64,000 bases of DNA from Octopus sinensis (GCF_006345805.1 NC_043005.1:29760001-29824000); one strand, 5' to 3'; positions 12,841 through 26,447 are shown, numbered from the stretch's first letter. The notes: generated from the sequence alone by a model not told the origin. Numbers and translations: made by a program.

Positions 12841-13813
12841 CATCATCATCATCATCGTTTCACGTCCGCTTTTCATGCTGGCATGGGCTAGACGATTTGA
12901 CTGAGGACTGGAAAACCAAATGGCTTCACCAGGCTCCAGTCTGATCTGGCAGAGTTTCTACAGCTGGATGCCCTTCCTAACACCAACCACTCAGAGTGTG
13001 TTGTGGGTGCTTTTATGTGCCACCGGCATGAGGGCCAGTCAAGCGGTACTGGCAACAGTCATGCTCAAATGGTGTTTTTTATGTGCCACTTGCACAGGAG
13101 CCAGTCCAGCAGCACTGGCAACAACCTTGCCTGAATATTTTTTCACATGCCACTGGTACAAGTAACAGTAGGGCGATGCTGGTAATGATCATGCATGAAT
13201 GGTGCTTTTTATGTGCCACCAGCATGGAAGCCAGTCAGCTGCTCTGGCAACAATCATGCTTGTATGGTGCTCTTAGTGCTCCACTAGCACGGATGCCAGT
13301 CATGCTGTGCTGTCATTGAATTTGATTTCAATTTTGATTTCACTTGCCTCAACAGGTCTTTGCAAGCAGAGTTTAGTGTCCAGTGAAAGAAAGGTATGCA
13401 AAAGTGGGCTGGTTACACCCCTGTCATAGGCCATGGGTTATGGTCTCACTTGGCTTGCTGTGTCTTCTCAAGCACAGCATATTTCCAAAGGTCTCGGTCA
13501 CTAGTCATTGCTTCAGTGAGGCCTAATGTTCGAAGGCCATGCTTCACCACTTCATCCCAGGTCTACCTCTTCCACAGGTTCCTCAACCGCTAGGGTGTGG
13601 CACTTTTTCACACAGCTATCCTCATCTATTCTCACCACATGACCATACCAGTGCAGTCATCTCTCTTGCACACCACATCTGATGCTTCATAGGTCCAACT
13701 TTTCTCTCAAGGTACTTACACTCTGACGAGTATGCACACTGTCATTACACATCCATGTAGTATGGCTGTGTAATGACATGTAGTATGGCTGTTTGTACAC
13801 ATGCATCATACTG
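12841..13813 (-). mobile_element. RTE LINE 3' fragment with ~66-bp tandem units in the 3' UTR
   Basis: (ATC)n tail at the left end; near-identical to 41967-42980. Confidence 0.88.
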
Positions 13814-13816
13814 TCT

Positions 13817-14058
13817 AGAATGAGATAACAAAGCCAAAGCTGTGAGGAAAGAGTTTTCAGGACATTTATAATGAAATAGTCTTACAGTTGTTTCTGGGAT
13901 ATTACGGATATCCCTTCATCAGAGATGGTGTGAGAAAATATTTGAGTTCAAATTATTATGGAAAAGGATATCCATAATATCCCAGAAACAGCTGTAAGAC
14001 TATTTCATTATAAATGTCTTGAATACTCCTCACAGCCTTGGTTTTGTTATTTCCTTCT
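13817..14058. mobile_element. Fold-back insert, family C (Penelope pseudo-LTR-like inverted repeat)
   Basis: Arms ~13817-13915 and ~13962-14058 are reverse complements; carries an HHR. Confidence 0.75.
13878..13926 (-). ncRNA. Minimal type-I hammerhead ribozyme
   Basis: UCU-CUGAUGA-a-GGGAUAU ccgua AUAUCCC-a-GAAA-CAACUG-UA-AGA. The opposite arm shows the palindromic CAGCUG in stem III. Confidence 0.75.
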
Positions 14059-14207
14059 GTCCAATATATATATGCATGCTAATTACAAGACCCACATTAG
14101 ACTCCTCGCTTGAATCATTATCGAGCCAAGAGTTTAACTACGGTCTGTCCTTAGCACATACTTAGTGTTACCTGACACTCTTTGGGTCTTCTAGATACCA
14201 ATATCAC

Positions 14208-14418
14208 TCATCATCATCATCATCATCATCATCGTTTAGCGTCCGCTTTCCATGCTAGCATGGGTTGGACGGTTCTACTGGGGTGTGTGAAGCCAGAAGG
14301 CTTCATCAGGCCCAGTCAAATCTGGCAGTGTTTCTACGGCTGGATGCCCTTCCTAACGCCAACCACTCCGTGAGTGTAGTGGGTGCTTTTTACGTGCCAC
14401 CCGCACTTACGTGCCACT
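14208..14418 (-). mobile_element. RTE 3'-tail fragment (SINE-like)
   Basis: (ATC)n followed by gtttagcgtccgctttccatgctagcatggg... Confidence 0.85.
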
Positions 14419-14421
14419 CAT

Positions 14422-14467
<46 letters not shown>

Positions 14468-15346
14468 ATAAGGCAATGGGCACAAAGATAAAACAGCATG
14501 TGAGTGACAAGTCTTAGAAACATGTCTGTCCATGAGAGAAAAGAAATGTACTTTGCCTCAAAACAGGTAAATGGTTTGGCCACAGGAAGAGTGTCCAGCC
14601 AAAGAAAGTCTGCCTCAACAAATTCTACTTGACCCTTTCAAACGTGGAAAAGTGGATGTTAAAACAGCAACAATGATGATGATGATAACGTTGGCGGCAG
14701 CGGCAGTGGTGGTGGTGGGGTGGGTTTGGGAAGATATATATTTGTACTTTTAGTCAAGTTGATAATCATTTATAAAAGTAAGTTTGGCTTAGAGAATTAG
14801 TTCCTAGTTACCAAAATATGATGGAAATATTAACCACAAAACTATGTCACAAAGTTGTAAGTCTAACAATTTATTGAATCAAAGCATCAGTTATGTGTGT
14901 GTTAATGGTGAGATTTCTTCGTTATTGTAATTCTTTACTTAGAATAGTTTTTATCTTGTAAGGGGATTGGTTGTAATATTAAGAAATTAATCACAAGGTT
15001 TTAGAAAGCAATGAATGAGGGTTTGTATGAAACAGAAAAATATTTTGTTTGTTGTTATCGAGTCTTGAAACATTCCAAATAATCAAATAATATCTAGCCT
15101 TCTGTTATTATGTAGTTGGGATAATCATGAGATTTTGGAAGATAGCTTTAAAATATTATATATGTATACATACATACATATACATAAATACAGGTTTCAA
15201 AGGGGTGATAGGTAACTGCGATTATGTAAGCTTTCACTCATCAGAGGTAGCCATCATGGAATGAAATATGGCAACTGCTCTCTATTGTTGGAGATGCATA
15301 TATTTATATATACATACACACACACACATTTGCATATGATTATATG

Positions 15347-16250
15347 CATAGTGTCCCCCAAATAGTGTATACACACATTGAATGATTATAAAGTCAGTGT
15401 TTATTAAAATACAATTCATTATCAAAATTTGATAAAATCTACAGAATTTATTTTTTGCTATGAATGCCTGTTTTTAAACTGATGGCTGGTCTCGTCCAGG
15501 AGCTGTTGATAAACAAAGCAATGCATTTGCAAACATCAAGAGTCATCATTCTTTTCAGTTTTTGTGTGTACTCTTGTTCAGTGGCTGCCCCCAATTCATC
15601 AAGTGTTGCCAGTTTTGTAGAATAAACTTCATCTTTTAAATATTCCCATAAAATAAAGTATAGTTTTGCAAGGCCCAGTGAATGCAGGTCATATTCTACT
15701 GAACCTTTTAACCCAATCCACCTGTTTGGCAAAATATCATCAAAGTAGGTCCTTACTTTACTATGGGTGTCATGGGTTGTCCCATCTTTATGAAATAAAA
15801 CTCCACATCTTCAAAGCCCTCTTGAATGCTTGGCATGGCAGATTATTGCAGCATGTTATGGCACAAGTAAATGGCATCAGTTCTGGTACTACAAAAAAAG
15901 AATGGTCCAATTAATTCTTTTAATGATAAACCACATGCTACTGTAACTCTTAGTAAATTAATATGACGTTCTTCCTTCATAATCAGATTCTCAGGTCCCC
16001 AGTAGGGGCAATTGGGGAAGTTAACTGAATCATTTAATTTAAATGTAGCCTCATCACCTAAACCAATTTTTGTTGAAAAGTGTGCATCTTCTACGCATCT
16101 CTGCAAGCACCACTCATAAAACTCCACTCTTCAATCTGGATCATCTTCATTGAGAGAATCAGCTACTCATGTTATCTGGCTTTTCTCATGACAATGCTTC
16201 AAAATGTGATGGACGCTTGATTTTGACATTGCTATCTCACAACTCATTCA
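15347..16250 (-). mobile_element. Tc1/mariner-superfamily transposase remnant with one TIR-like end
   Basis: DEATFKLN..VN..NC.YW..EN and LWEYLKDEVY..K..TLDEL motifs; TIR-like catagtgtcccccaaatagtgtatacac at the left end. Confidence 0.8.
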
Positions 16251-17354
16251 CCACCCAAATGTTCAACTATTATTACTTAATATTCTAAAAAATCATACAC
16301 TACAGTCAATTTAAAAACCATAAAAAACAATAAACATGATACATTTATATAAAATATTATTACAAGTATTATACAATATATCAAATAATTATTATTTTAT
16401 TATCATTTAATTAAATATAAATAACATATAATCATAACAAACATATTATCAATCACACAACAATAAAATTAAATAACTTATTTTACACTCAAAATAAATA
16501 TAAATATATATACCAAACAAATTTTCTTGAAATCAGCCTATACGTTTCTACTGACTTTTCTTGCCTTGCGGGGCTTCTTTGTATCCTTAGTCTTCAAGGA
16601 TCTCTCTTCTGCACTTTCTTAACAGTTCCGTCTGCTCTGAACTTACGCCTAATTCAAATGCTGATAAGTCTCGCAGATTTGTTCAAAGCTCCCTCCTAAA
16701 CTGTCTTTGGACTTTGTCAGCATCTTCAAACTTCCAGTGATACTCTAGGTTAAATTTCCTTTCTTCAAAGCTTAGTCTGGTCCCCTTTATTATTTCTAAT
16801 GGGTTAAAACAAAAAAGAAATGAAAATTGAGTTATCAGCTACTAAAATGTATAGAAATATTTTGTGGTGGGGGAGACCCTGTATATCAAATGTTCTATTC
16901 ACAATATCTTGTGAGATAAATTGGTAGATAGAAACTGCATGGAAGCCTCTGTTATATATGTACGCATATATGTATGTATACATACATACTTGTGTGTGTG
17001 TGTGTGTGTGTGTTTGTGCACATGCATGTGCACACATGGGCATGAATGTTAACATCCCACAGGTTTCGCTTGTCCCCATTTCTGTGAAGTAGTGACATAC
17101 TGTTTACATTACTTGTTGACATTATGACCACTTACTTTGTGCTTTCAAAGACTGCTGAAATAAGGCAAAACCCTTCACTTAAAAAGCAGTTAAGCATTTG
17201 TAGCAGAAAGGGCCTCCAGCCATAAAATGCTATTGCAGATAAGTTCCTCTCTAACACATGCCAACATGCAAAAATGTATGTTAAAGAAACATAGAAATGA
17301 ACAAATATATATGTCAATGTTTATATATCTATGACTATCATTCAACTAAGGTAT

Positions 17355-17455
17355 AGACATATCTCTAGCTATCTATCTGTCTGTCTGTTTGTCTCTCTGC
17401 CTATCCATCTGTCCATCTGTCTCTCTGTCTATCCATCTGTCCATCTGTCTCTCTG

Positions 17456-17506
<51 letters not shown>

Positions 17507-17810
17507 GTCTGTCTGTTTGTCTCTCTGCCTATCTATCTGTCCATCTGTCTCTCTGTCTATCCATCTGTCCATCTGTCTCTCTGTCTATCTATCTATCTAT
17601 TTATCTTTCTGTCTGTCTGTCCATCCATCCGTCCTTCCATCCAGCCACCATTCCATCCATCCATCCATCCATCCTTCTGTCTGTCTGTTTGTCAATCTGT
17701 CCGTCCTTCCTTCCATCCATCCATTCTTCTGTCTGTCTGTTTGTCAATCTGTCTGTCCTTCCATCCATCTATCCTTCTGTCTGTCCGTCCATCTTTCTGT
17801 CTGTCTATCT
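17355..17810. repeat. Compound (CTAT/CTGT/CCAT)n tetranucleotide microsatellite
   Basis: Directly visible in the sequence. Confidence 0.95.
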
Positions 17811-18349
17811 ATACATACAAACATGAATTGCATGAATGTGTGTGTGTGTGTGTGGTTTTATTTAAACCTGTAAAAATTCTTTAAGCAGATTTATGATAAT
17901 AGTTCATGGAGTGTTGTGGGTAAGTTGTTAAAGAGGAAATCAAACTCTAGAATTATAAAAGAAAAAAGCAAAAATATCCAACAAATAAAATGCTTGAAAT
18001 CAATTATAAATATCCGCAAAAATGAAAATGAAATATATTAAAATGCTACAAGATATATCTCACTTGTTATAATGGTTACATAGAATTATATCTGGTGAAA
18101 AAGCGTGCATGGTAGAAAATGGAAATTAGATATATCTGAAGTGTAAAGCATTAGAATTTCAAAGTGATTATCAAGTTGCTAATTGAGGGAGACCAGCAGC
18201 AACATGCTTGGGGACATTGTATTTAGTTAATTAGTAAATTAATAAAAGGTATACATTGAATATTTGTGCTAAAAATAATACACACAATATGTATGTGTAT
18301 ATATATATATATATTATCGAAAAATATAGTATTAAATATCCATCACAGT

Positions 18350-18434
18350 TAATCTTACCAATCAGTTTCATGTAAAAGTACAACGGAATGTTTGGTAACA
18401 ATCCAATTATACATCTTTACACTCATCAGAGTTA
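18350..18434 (-). ncRNA. Type-I hammerhead ribozyme with extended stem II
   Basis: UAACU-CUGAUGA-GUGUAAAG...UUUUACAU-GAAA-CUGAUUGG-UA-AG(A)UUA; adjacent to a (TA)n tract. Confidence 0.65.
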
Positions 18435-18467
18435 GCCAATATGGAAGGGAATATGGTGACTAAGTAT

Positions 18468-19141
18468 ATCATCATCATCATCATCATCATTTAACATCCG
18501 TTGTTCATGCTGGCATGGGTTGGAGGGTTTGACCGGGCTGGCACGCTGGAAGAGTGCAGCAAACTCCAGTCTGATTTGGCATGGTTTTCTATGGATGGAT
18601 GTCCTCCTTAGCACTAACCACTCCAAGAATGTTATGGGTGCTTTTACGTGCCACCGACATGAGTGCTAATTTGCATGACACCGGTATCTGCCATGACTGC
18701 GATTTTACCTGGCTTGGTGGGTCTTAAGCACGACATAATGCCAAGGGTCTCCATGAAGCACAACACTTGAAAGAAACTCAACCACTTTGCCTCCATGAGG
18801 CCCAATTCTCAAAAGGTATTCTTTACATGTCACCAGCATGGGCGCACTTGGCTTGATGGGTCCCCTCAAGCACAGCACATTGCTAAAGGTCTTGGTCATT
18901 AGTCATTGCCTCTATGAGGCCCAAAGTTCAAAGATCATGTTTCGTCACCTCATCCCATGTCTCCCTGGGTCTACCCTACCACGGGTTCCTCCACTGTTAG
19001 AGATTGGCACTTCTTTACACAGCTGTCTTCATCTATATGCATCACATGACCATACCAGTGTAGTCATCTCTCTTGCACTCCACATCTGATGCCTCTTATG
19101 CCTAACTTTTCCCTCAAGGTGCTTACACTGACATTGCACAT
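18468..19141 (-). mobile_element. RTE LINE 3' fragment
   Basis: (ATC)n tail, 3' UTR and the GRP..TWDEV region on the minus strand. Confidence 0.85.
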
Positions 19142-19277
19142 CTACCAAAATGTATATCATCATCGTTTAATGTTTGTTTTCTATGCTGGCATGGATTGGA
19201 CAGAAATATATATATATATATCATCAGCATACACACACATATGTGTGTGTGTGTGTGTGTGGTTTGGTGGGTAGTTG

Positions 19278-19640
19278 GGTGCAGGAATGGCTGTGAAGTT
19301 AAAGAGCCTGTTTTAGAACCACATGGTTCTGGGTTTAGTCCCACTGCATGACACACTGGGTAAGTGTCTTCTATTATAGCCTTGGACCAACCAATGCCTT
19401 CTGAATAAATTTGATAGATGGAAACTGTGTGGAAGCTCATCATATGTGTGTATACATGTGTACACGTGTGTGTGTGTGTTTGTTTTCCCTCCTCCTCCCC
19501 CTGCTTGACAGCCAGCGTTGATTTATCTTCCTTAACTTACCAGTTCACCAAAAAGGAATGACAGAATGACAGAAGTAGCGGACTTGAAAGAAAGCAAGTC
19601 TTGAAGTCGACTTATTTGGTTCAACCATTGAAGGTGGTTC
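19278..19640 (+). mobile_element. tRNA-derived CORE-type SINE (decayed)
   Basis: Similar to 23792-24204. Confidence 0.7.
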
Positions 19641-19699
19641 CACACCATAAACTCAACCCATCACCACCACCCTCACCCCACCACTACCACCACCACTGC

Positions 19700-20040
19700 C
19701 AGTCAAGGCAGCGCTGGCATTGGCCCCATTTGGATAGCACTTTTTATGTGCCACCAGCACGGGGATCGCAACTACAATTTCCATTTCATTTTGATGTACT
19801 TGACTCAATAGGTCTCCTCAAGCATGGCATGTTGCCATACAATCCAAGGTACTTTTGAGTGGGCTGGTTATGTGGTACTGGCGTATGATACAGCTGTGAA
19901 CTCACTTTATTTGCTGGGTTTTCTCAGTCACAGCATATCTCCAGAGGTCTCGGTCTTTAGTCATTGCGTCTATTGAGGCCCAACGTTTGAAAGTCATGCT
20001 TCACCACCTCAACCCATGTCTTCCTGGGTCTCCCTCTACA
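19700..20040 (-). mobile_element. RTE LINE 3' fragment
   Basis: Reverse complement of ~4160-4460. Confidence 0.82.
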
Positions 20041-20512
20041 ACGATTGTTGTACTGAATAAAGACTGATGCTAAATCTATTTTCCATTTCGTTCATCAATT
20101 GTTACATATATATAAAACAGGGGATTAGATAAAACAGGGGACAGCTGATGAAGGGATTGTTCTTTGTGTTGTCTGTCTCGTTTCTCTATTTGTTTCTTTT
20201 GTTGTTCAAAAACAAAAATTTACTTTCCATGCTTTTGTTTTTTTATGTTCTTGTTTTTCATTTTGTTCAGTTTTTTTTTACTTCCTGTACCCATATATGC
20301 ATCTATATATACATATATATGTAGGTATGTACATATATGTATATATGCATATATATATATATCTTTACATATATAATCAGCCGAAATTGCGAGGATGATC
20401 CAGTTCTTGACTGAAGATTGAAGGCTTCGAATGTCCAATCCGTGTTTTTTGTATCATCTTCTAAATGTTTTGCGTTCTTGTCCCAGTTTGTAATTTTTTA
20501 CATATACATATA

Positions 20513-20583
<71 letters not shown>

Positions 20584-21012
20584 CATACACACTTTATATA
20601 TGCATAGAGGGAGAGAGAGAGAGACATACACACACCACTAAAATCTTTCACACATACATGTATGTGTATCTAATCATCTCTGCTTGTAAAATATTAAGCA
20701 AACTGTAAAAAGAATCTGACCAAACCATTATCAAATTTCAAAGTGAATTGTTGTCGATGATGACGATGATGATGATAATATGATAATTTCGGTTGTGGTG
20801 ATAATAGACATGGTGAGGGAGGTTGTCATTATTGTAGTGGTGGTAATAACAATAACAGCAGCAGCAGCAGCAGTAGTAGTAGTATTTGTGTGTTGGTGAT
20901 GGTCGTGGTTGCAGTGTTGGTTGTGGCAAATCCAGTCCTTCAGAGAAAGATATGCCACTGCTGAAGATTAGCAAATCTGTCAGAAGATAAGTAGCAAACT
21001 ATTATGCATAGG

Positions 21013-21046
<34 letters not shown>

Positions 21047-21172
21047 AATATTTCTATGAATATATATATATATAGGTATATATGTATGTGTATGCCTAAA
21101 AACATATACATTTTTATACATTTTTAAATATATGCATAAATATACATAAGGTAATGTATATAAGAATGAAAA

Positions 21173-21216
<44 letters not shown>

Positions 21217-21394
21217 GTGTTATGTGGGTGTGTGTGGGGTTAGGGTAAGTAGCTGCTTCTTAAATAATCCATTAGTATTTTATTTCACTGCTCAACACCA
21301 CCACCACCACCACCACCAGAACCACTACTACTGCTACTGTTGCTAATACTACAATTACTACTACTAGTAATACTATGCTTGTGTATATATGTAT

Positions 21395-21441
<47 letters not shown>

Positions 21442-21511
21442 CATATATATATTTATTTATTTATGTGTGTGTGGGTATGCATATGTACATGTGCATATAC
21501 ACACACACACA

Positions 21512-21550
<39 letters not shown>

Positions 21551-22846
21551 CATCATCATTGTATGCATTGTATATACATTTCTATTATAGTTATACATGT
21601 GTGTATATAAATATCTTACATATCAGAACAGCATAAGAGAAATAAAAAAAACTGCAATATTCTATATTTTGTCACTATTTTTGCCAGAAAAATAATTTTA
21701 AAAGGTATGGAAAAATGCCAAAGAAAGAGGAAAATATGTATTCAGTGAAATGCATAAAAATATAAATGATATATATGCCACCAAAATTGACTTTGCTTTT
21801 CATCCCTTCAGGGTTGAAGAAATGAGTACCAGTGGTTACTGGGGTCCATGAAACTAGCTAGTAACCTCCCCGACATACGTCTTCAAAGTCGTTTACTTAG
21901 AATGTGATTTCTTCCTGGATTTACCCAACAGTCAGGTTCTGGAATGTTCAGACATCCACTCATAGTATAATAAAAGATGGTTTGTCTTTAGAGAATTTAT
22001 TGTGTACATATATTTTGCAACAAACATCCATTTTGCTTTGTTTATTAGAACTTCAATCTGTAGTTTCAGGAGAACATGCAACATACAATGGTAACACAAT
22101 CGCAAAGTTTTTGCAGATATTGCATGTAGACAGTTAAATATGAAAGAAAACTATGTTTAAAAAATTTACATTTAAACAATCAGACATAGTTATAGCCATA
22201 AAGGATTAGAATTTGAGAAACACAAAGGTAAAAATGGCATAAACCATGATTTAAATGGCAGTAAAACAGAGATACCATCAATAACAGTGTGTAATGAAAG
22301 CATTCTAGCAAAGCTAAGCAAGTGTTAACTTCCTGATCTTCACCATCAATATAATTCATTTATATGCTGCATAAATCAAAGACAACATATAATTTCTAAA
22401 GGCTCGTTAAAATGATATTAACCTCTGCAACAACAGCTCATATTTTGCTAGCATTACTAGGTAAAAGTTGTACTAAACATGAACAAACTACAGGTAAAAC
22501 AGTGAAAAACATACATGAAGAATGTCAAAGACATAAAAGCATAGAAGAGAGATGTTAAAGAATTTCTACGGCAGCAGCTTACCTATTGCTAGTATTGCAG
22601 GCTGAAATGATGAACTTGACAAAAGTAAACTGCAGGTAAAAGAAAAAAAATCTAGAAGTATATCAAAAAGAGAAGTACATCTTTGCCCCAGAAATTTATC
22701 TAAAGAAAGGATGAAGAGGAAAGTGACTTAATCCTGTTTAGAAAAAAAAATGGCATAGGGTTTTCATGTATTCCCAAAAGGGAATTGAAGGGAGCTCTAG
22801 CTGATGTATGATAAATTTATGCTCCCTTGACAGGAACAAGACATAG

Positions 22847-22888
<42 letters not shown>

Positions 22889-23629
22889 ATAATTTTTAAC
22901 AATAAAGATGAAGTTTTCCTGAACATGGAATCCGCAGAGGAAGTCAGTAAGACTGGGGCAGATAGCAGAAATCCTACATGTTACAAACATTGGTGTACAA
23001 ACTACATAAAGGTCGCAGCCCAGGAAAAAGATAAATGAAAAACAGAAAAAGAAAAAGGATGATGACAGACAACAATAGTTATAGTTGGCTTCTGTTGACT
23101 GCCCCACAAACCATGAGTAAAAGCATCTATGGATGTTCAGAATGGAAAGAAACAGAATCAGCTCAGTATCTTCAGCATCAAGGGCTGACAAGGAGAAATA
23201 AGTGAGAGAAGGTTTTTTTTTTTTTCCTCTACCAGCAGAGAGGCAGTCAGAGGCTTTGAACAAGTAGTTCAGCCTCTTCATTTTGTGGTCATGGGAATTA
23301 ATGGTAGTGATGGTGGTGGTGACAGACTCTGAAAATGAAACTATCAGAGACAAAAAAAGGAAAGGAGCAAATTTTGTTTTTAAACTTAATCCAGATTAAA
23401 GGCAAGTAGGATACTGGAATGCCACATGGAAAGGAACTTGACTTCCCAGAAGAACCTGGATTTCATGGTTGCACTTAAGTGAAAACCAGGAACTTTCCTT
23501 TTATTGAAGCAGCTAAAAAATGACTGGCACAAGAACCAGTCACGTGGCACTGTCACTGGCCATGTTCGGATGGTGCTTTTTAAATGATAATGGAAAGAAA
23601 CACACAGAGGGGTGTGTGTATGTACACAG

Positions 23630-24783
23630 GTTTGCTATTTTGGAGGATCGCTGCAACAAGAAGTGAAGATAAGTGTAGGGTCCATGAGAAAAAATCATTC
23701 ATGACCATTTGCACATGCGGAAGTTGTCTGCACGATGGATTTTCCGGATGCTCACATCTTTTCAGAAGCAGGAATGAGTCAATTGCACCCAGGCGTAGGA
23801 GTGGCTGTGTGGTAAGTAGCTTGCTTACCAGCCACATGGTTCTGGGTTCAATCCCACTGCGTGGCACCTTGGGCAAGTGTCTTCTACTATAGCCTCAGGC
23901 TGACCAAAGCCTTGTGAGCGGATTTGGTAGACGGAAACTAAAAAAAGCCTGTCTATATATATGTATGTGTGTGTATATGTTTGTGTGTCATGTATGTGTG
24001 CGTATATGTTTGTGTGTCAACATCGCTTGACAACTGATGCTGGTGTGTTTACGTCCCCGTAACTTAGCGGTTCAGCAAAAGAGACCGATAGAATAAGTAC
24101 TAGGCTTACAAAGAATAAGTCCTGGGGTCGATTTGCTCGACTAAAGGCGGTGCTCCAGTATGGCCACAGTCAAATGACTGAAACAAGTAAAAGAGTAAAA
24201 GAGTAGGTTCTTTTGGCAATGTGCCAAGAAAATGAGGAGGACTTTTTCGGCAGATTTATCGCACAAGATGAAACATGGATCCATCAATATGATCCTGAGA
24301 CTAAAGTCCAGTTGAAGCAATAGAAGCATGACAACTCACCACCTCCAAAGAAGGCTTGTGTCCAATCCTCAGCAGGCAAGGTGATGCTCACAGTCTTTTT
24401 GGACCAGCACGGAATAGTGATGATGGATTTTCTGGCAAAGGGCATCACATTTAATGGGGCATATTATGTTTCCCTGCTGCAGAAATTGTGGGACACCATC
24501 AAAATCCTTCCTCATCCCCCTTTCTCTCCCAGCCTCACACCTCTTTCCAACAATGAAATCCTTTTTGAAGGGAAAGTACTTTTGGATGACGATCAACTTA
24601 TTTCTCCAGACGCAACCTACCGACTTGTAAAGATGAAGTCTTCACAGCTGCATATAGCAATGGGAGAAGTGTGTCACTATTGGAGGTAGCCATGTAGAGA
24701 AGGACTGATTATTATGACAAGTTTCGTTTATCCCAGTCCTTGGGAAGTGGGTCAGGTGAAATCTTTTATGAACACCCCTCGTA
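23630..24783 (+). mobile_element. Mariner transposase remnant with internal deletion and right TIR, split by a SINE
   Basis: RKLSARWI.RML, QDETWIHQYDPETK, KVMLTVF.D and LPHPPFSP motifs; ends aacacccctcgTA, a mariner-type TIR followed by TA. Confidence 0.9.
23792..24204 (+). mobile_element. Full-length tRNA-derived CORE-type SINE
   Basis: A-box tggctgtgtgg, B-box ggttcaatccc, core gcaccttgggcaagtg, internal (TG) tract, (aagagtaa)n tail. Confidence 0.88.
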
Positions 24784-24864
24784 TACAGTTTTATATTTAA
24801 GAGATGAGGAATTATTTATATTATTTACATTTGATGGATATTTGTCCTCATCTTGTTTGTTGTT

Positions 24865-24910
24865 AACACAACATTTCAACTGATATACTCTCCAGCCTTC
24901 ATCAGGTGTC
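24865..24910 (-). ncRNA. Minimal type-I hammerhead ribozyme
   Basis: GACAC-CUGAUGA-a-GGCUG gagaguauau CAGUU-GAAA-UG-UU-GUGUU; core intact, CpG-decayed stems. Confidence 0.75.
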
Positions 24911-24961
24911 TTGAGGAAATTTCAAACCTGGGTTCTCATTCTTAAGGTATTTTCTATGTTG

Positions 24962-25009
<48 letters not shown>

Positions 25010-25142
25010 TCACTGCTTGGAATCGAACTCTTGGATTTCGAGTTCAATTCCAGGCAGTGACCTGAACAACAATAATAATAATAATAATAACAACATAGAA
25101 AAATACCTTAGGAATGAGAACCCAGGTTTGAAATTTCCTCAA

Positions 25143-25188
25143 GACACCTGATGGAGGCTGGAGGGTATATCAGCTGAAACGTTGTGTT
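25143..25188 (+). ncRNA. Minimal type-I hammerhead ribozyme with core mutation (CUGAUGG)
   Basis: GACAC-CUGAUGG-a-GGCUG gaggguauau CAGCU-GAAA-CG-UU-GUGUU; palindromic AACGUU in stem III. Confidence 0.7.
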
Positions 25189-26193
25189 AACAACAAACAA
25201 GATGAGAACAAATATCCATCAAATGTAAATAATGTACGTAATGTACCCCTCCTATAGTTATATTTCCGTTTTTAAGTGAAACTTGAACAAATTGATGAGA
25301 AGAAAGTGTTTGCCTTCAGTCTTTTAAGTCTAGTCCACTTCTCTTTTCCCTAAGGTCACTAGACAGATGGACATTACCTGTCCTTCACAGCCAAATGAAT
25401 GCAACAGGGTGGTCTTTAAATTGGAGTTAGTGGATAGCTAGATCTGCTCTACACATGATAGCAAGTGTCTGACACAACTCCATAAATCAGCAATGCTTAG
25501 GCACAAGACAAGTGCATGCAGAACAGTTCTGTCACTCTGCATGCACCTCATGCTGGTCTAATGTAATATTTCCTATATAACAATAGCTGATATGGTTGGC
25601 TGGTTGGTTGATTGGTTTCTCTAGTCATGCCATTATGAAGAGAGTAAATGAGAGATACAGAGGTGGAGAGAGAGAAATACAGAGAGAAAGGGAGAGAGAA
25701 CATAACAAGTTAAATTCAAGAGAGGAGTGTTGAAATTGACAAGCCATGGTAGGAGCGGGGAGGTGAAGATGCTAAAAGTTTGTAGTTGACGAACAAAATA
25801 CATGACATACACACACACACACACACACACATACATACACACACAAAGAATCATAGAGGAGGAGGAAATGACGTAGTTGTTGGTTGTTACTGAAAAAAGG
25901 CTCTGCAATAGTCAATATTTATTGCAAAGAATGGTTTCCTTTGATACTTTCCAAATTATGCTGTTCATTGTCAGAGTAAATTTCTTTTGCTCCAATCCCA
26001 AGAGTATTGACTTACTTAAGAATTAATAACAAACTCTTCCAAATGAAGATATCACTGCAATTGCCACAATAATACTATAACACACTTTTTTCTACATTGG
26101 TTGTATGAGAAAACAAGTACCAGTACTGGGGTCAATGGAATCAACTAGTCCCCCTTCCCCCAAATTTTAGGTCTTCTGCCTATAGTAGAAAGG

Positions 26194-26242
<49 letters not shown>

Positions 26243-26243
<1 letters not shown>

Positions 26244-26446
26244 GGTAGTGAGCTGGTAGAATCATTAGCACAGCAGGCAAAATACTAAGCAGCATTTTGT
26301 CAATCTGAGTTCAAATCTTGCTGAGGTCAACTTTGCCTTTCATCCTTTCGGGGTCTATAAATTAAGTACCAGTTGCATACTGGATTTGATCTAATTCACT
26401 GGCCCTCTCCCCCAAAATTTCAGGCTGTCTGCCTATAGTAGAAAGG

Positions 26447-26447
<1 letters not shown>
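26243..26447 (+). mobile_element. SINE-like repeat, family B, with (ATT)n tail
   Basis: B-box-like gagttcaaatc; further copies near 26110, 27210, 32900-33570, 34450 and 59460. Confidence 0.75.

Larger units (their letters stand above)
24786..25244. mobile_element. Fold-back element, family B: tRNA B-box-like centre, (AAT)n spacer and HHR-bearing arms
   Basis: ~205-bp inverted arms (24820-25030 / 25040-25233); 12-bp TSD acccctc(g/c)tata at 24774-24785 / 25245-25256. Confidence 0.85.

Noticed and set aside
15188-15250. Possible minus-strand HHR (CUGAUGA...GAAACCUGUA)
   Set aside because: Stem II is poorly closed and there is no stem I partner; not counted.
16536-16615. Possible minus-strand HHR (UUGAAGA...GAAACGUA)
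   Set aside because: The core is altered and stem I does not pair; at most a decayed remnant, so it was not counted.
20135-20450. ctgatgaaggg and ctgaaga motifs in Penelope-like remnants on the + strand
   Set aside because: No properly placed GAAA, stem III or cleavage triplet.
23792-23870. tRNA gene
   Set aside because: It has A/B boxes but no cloverleaf, and continues into a SINE body found in many copies.
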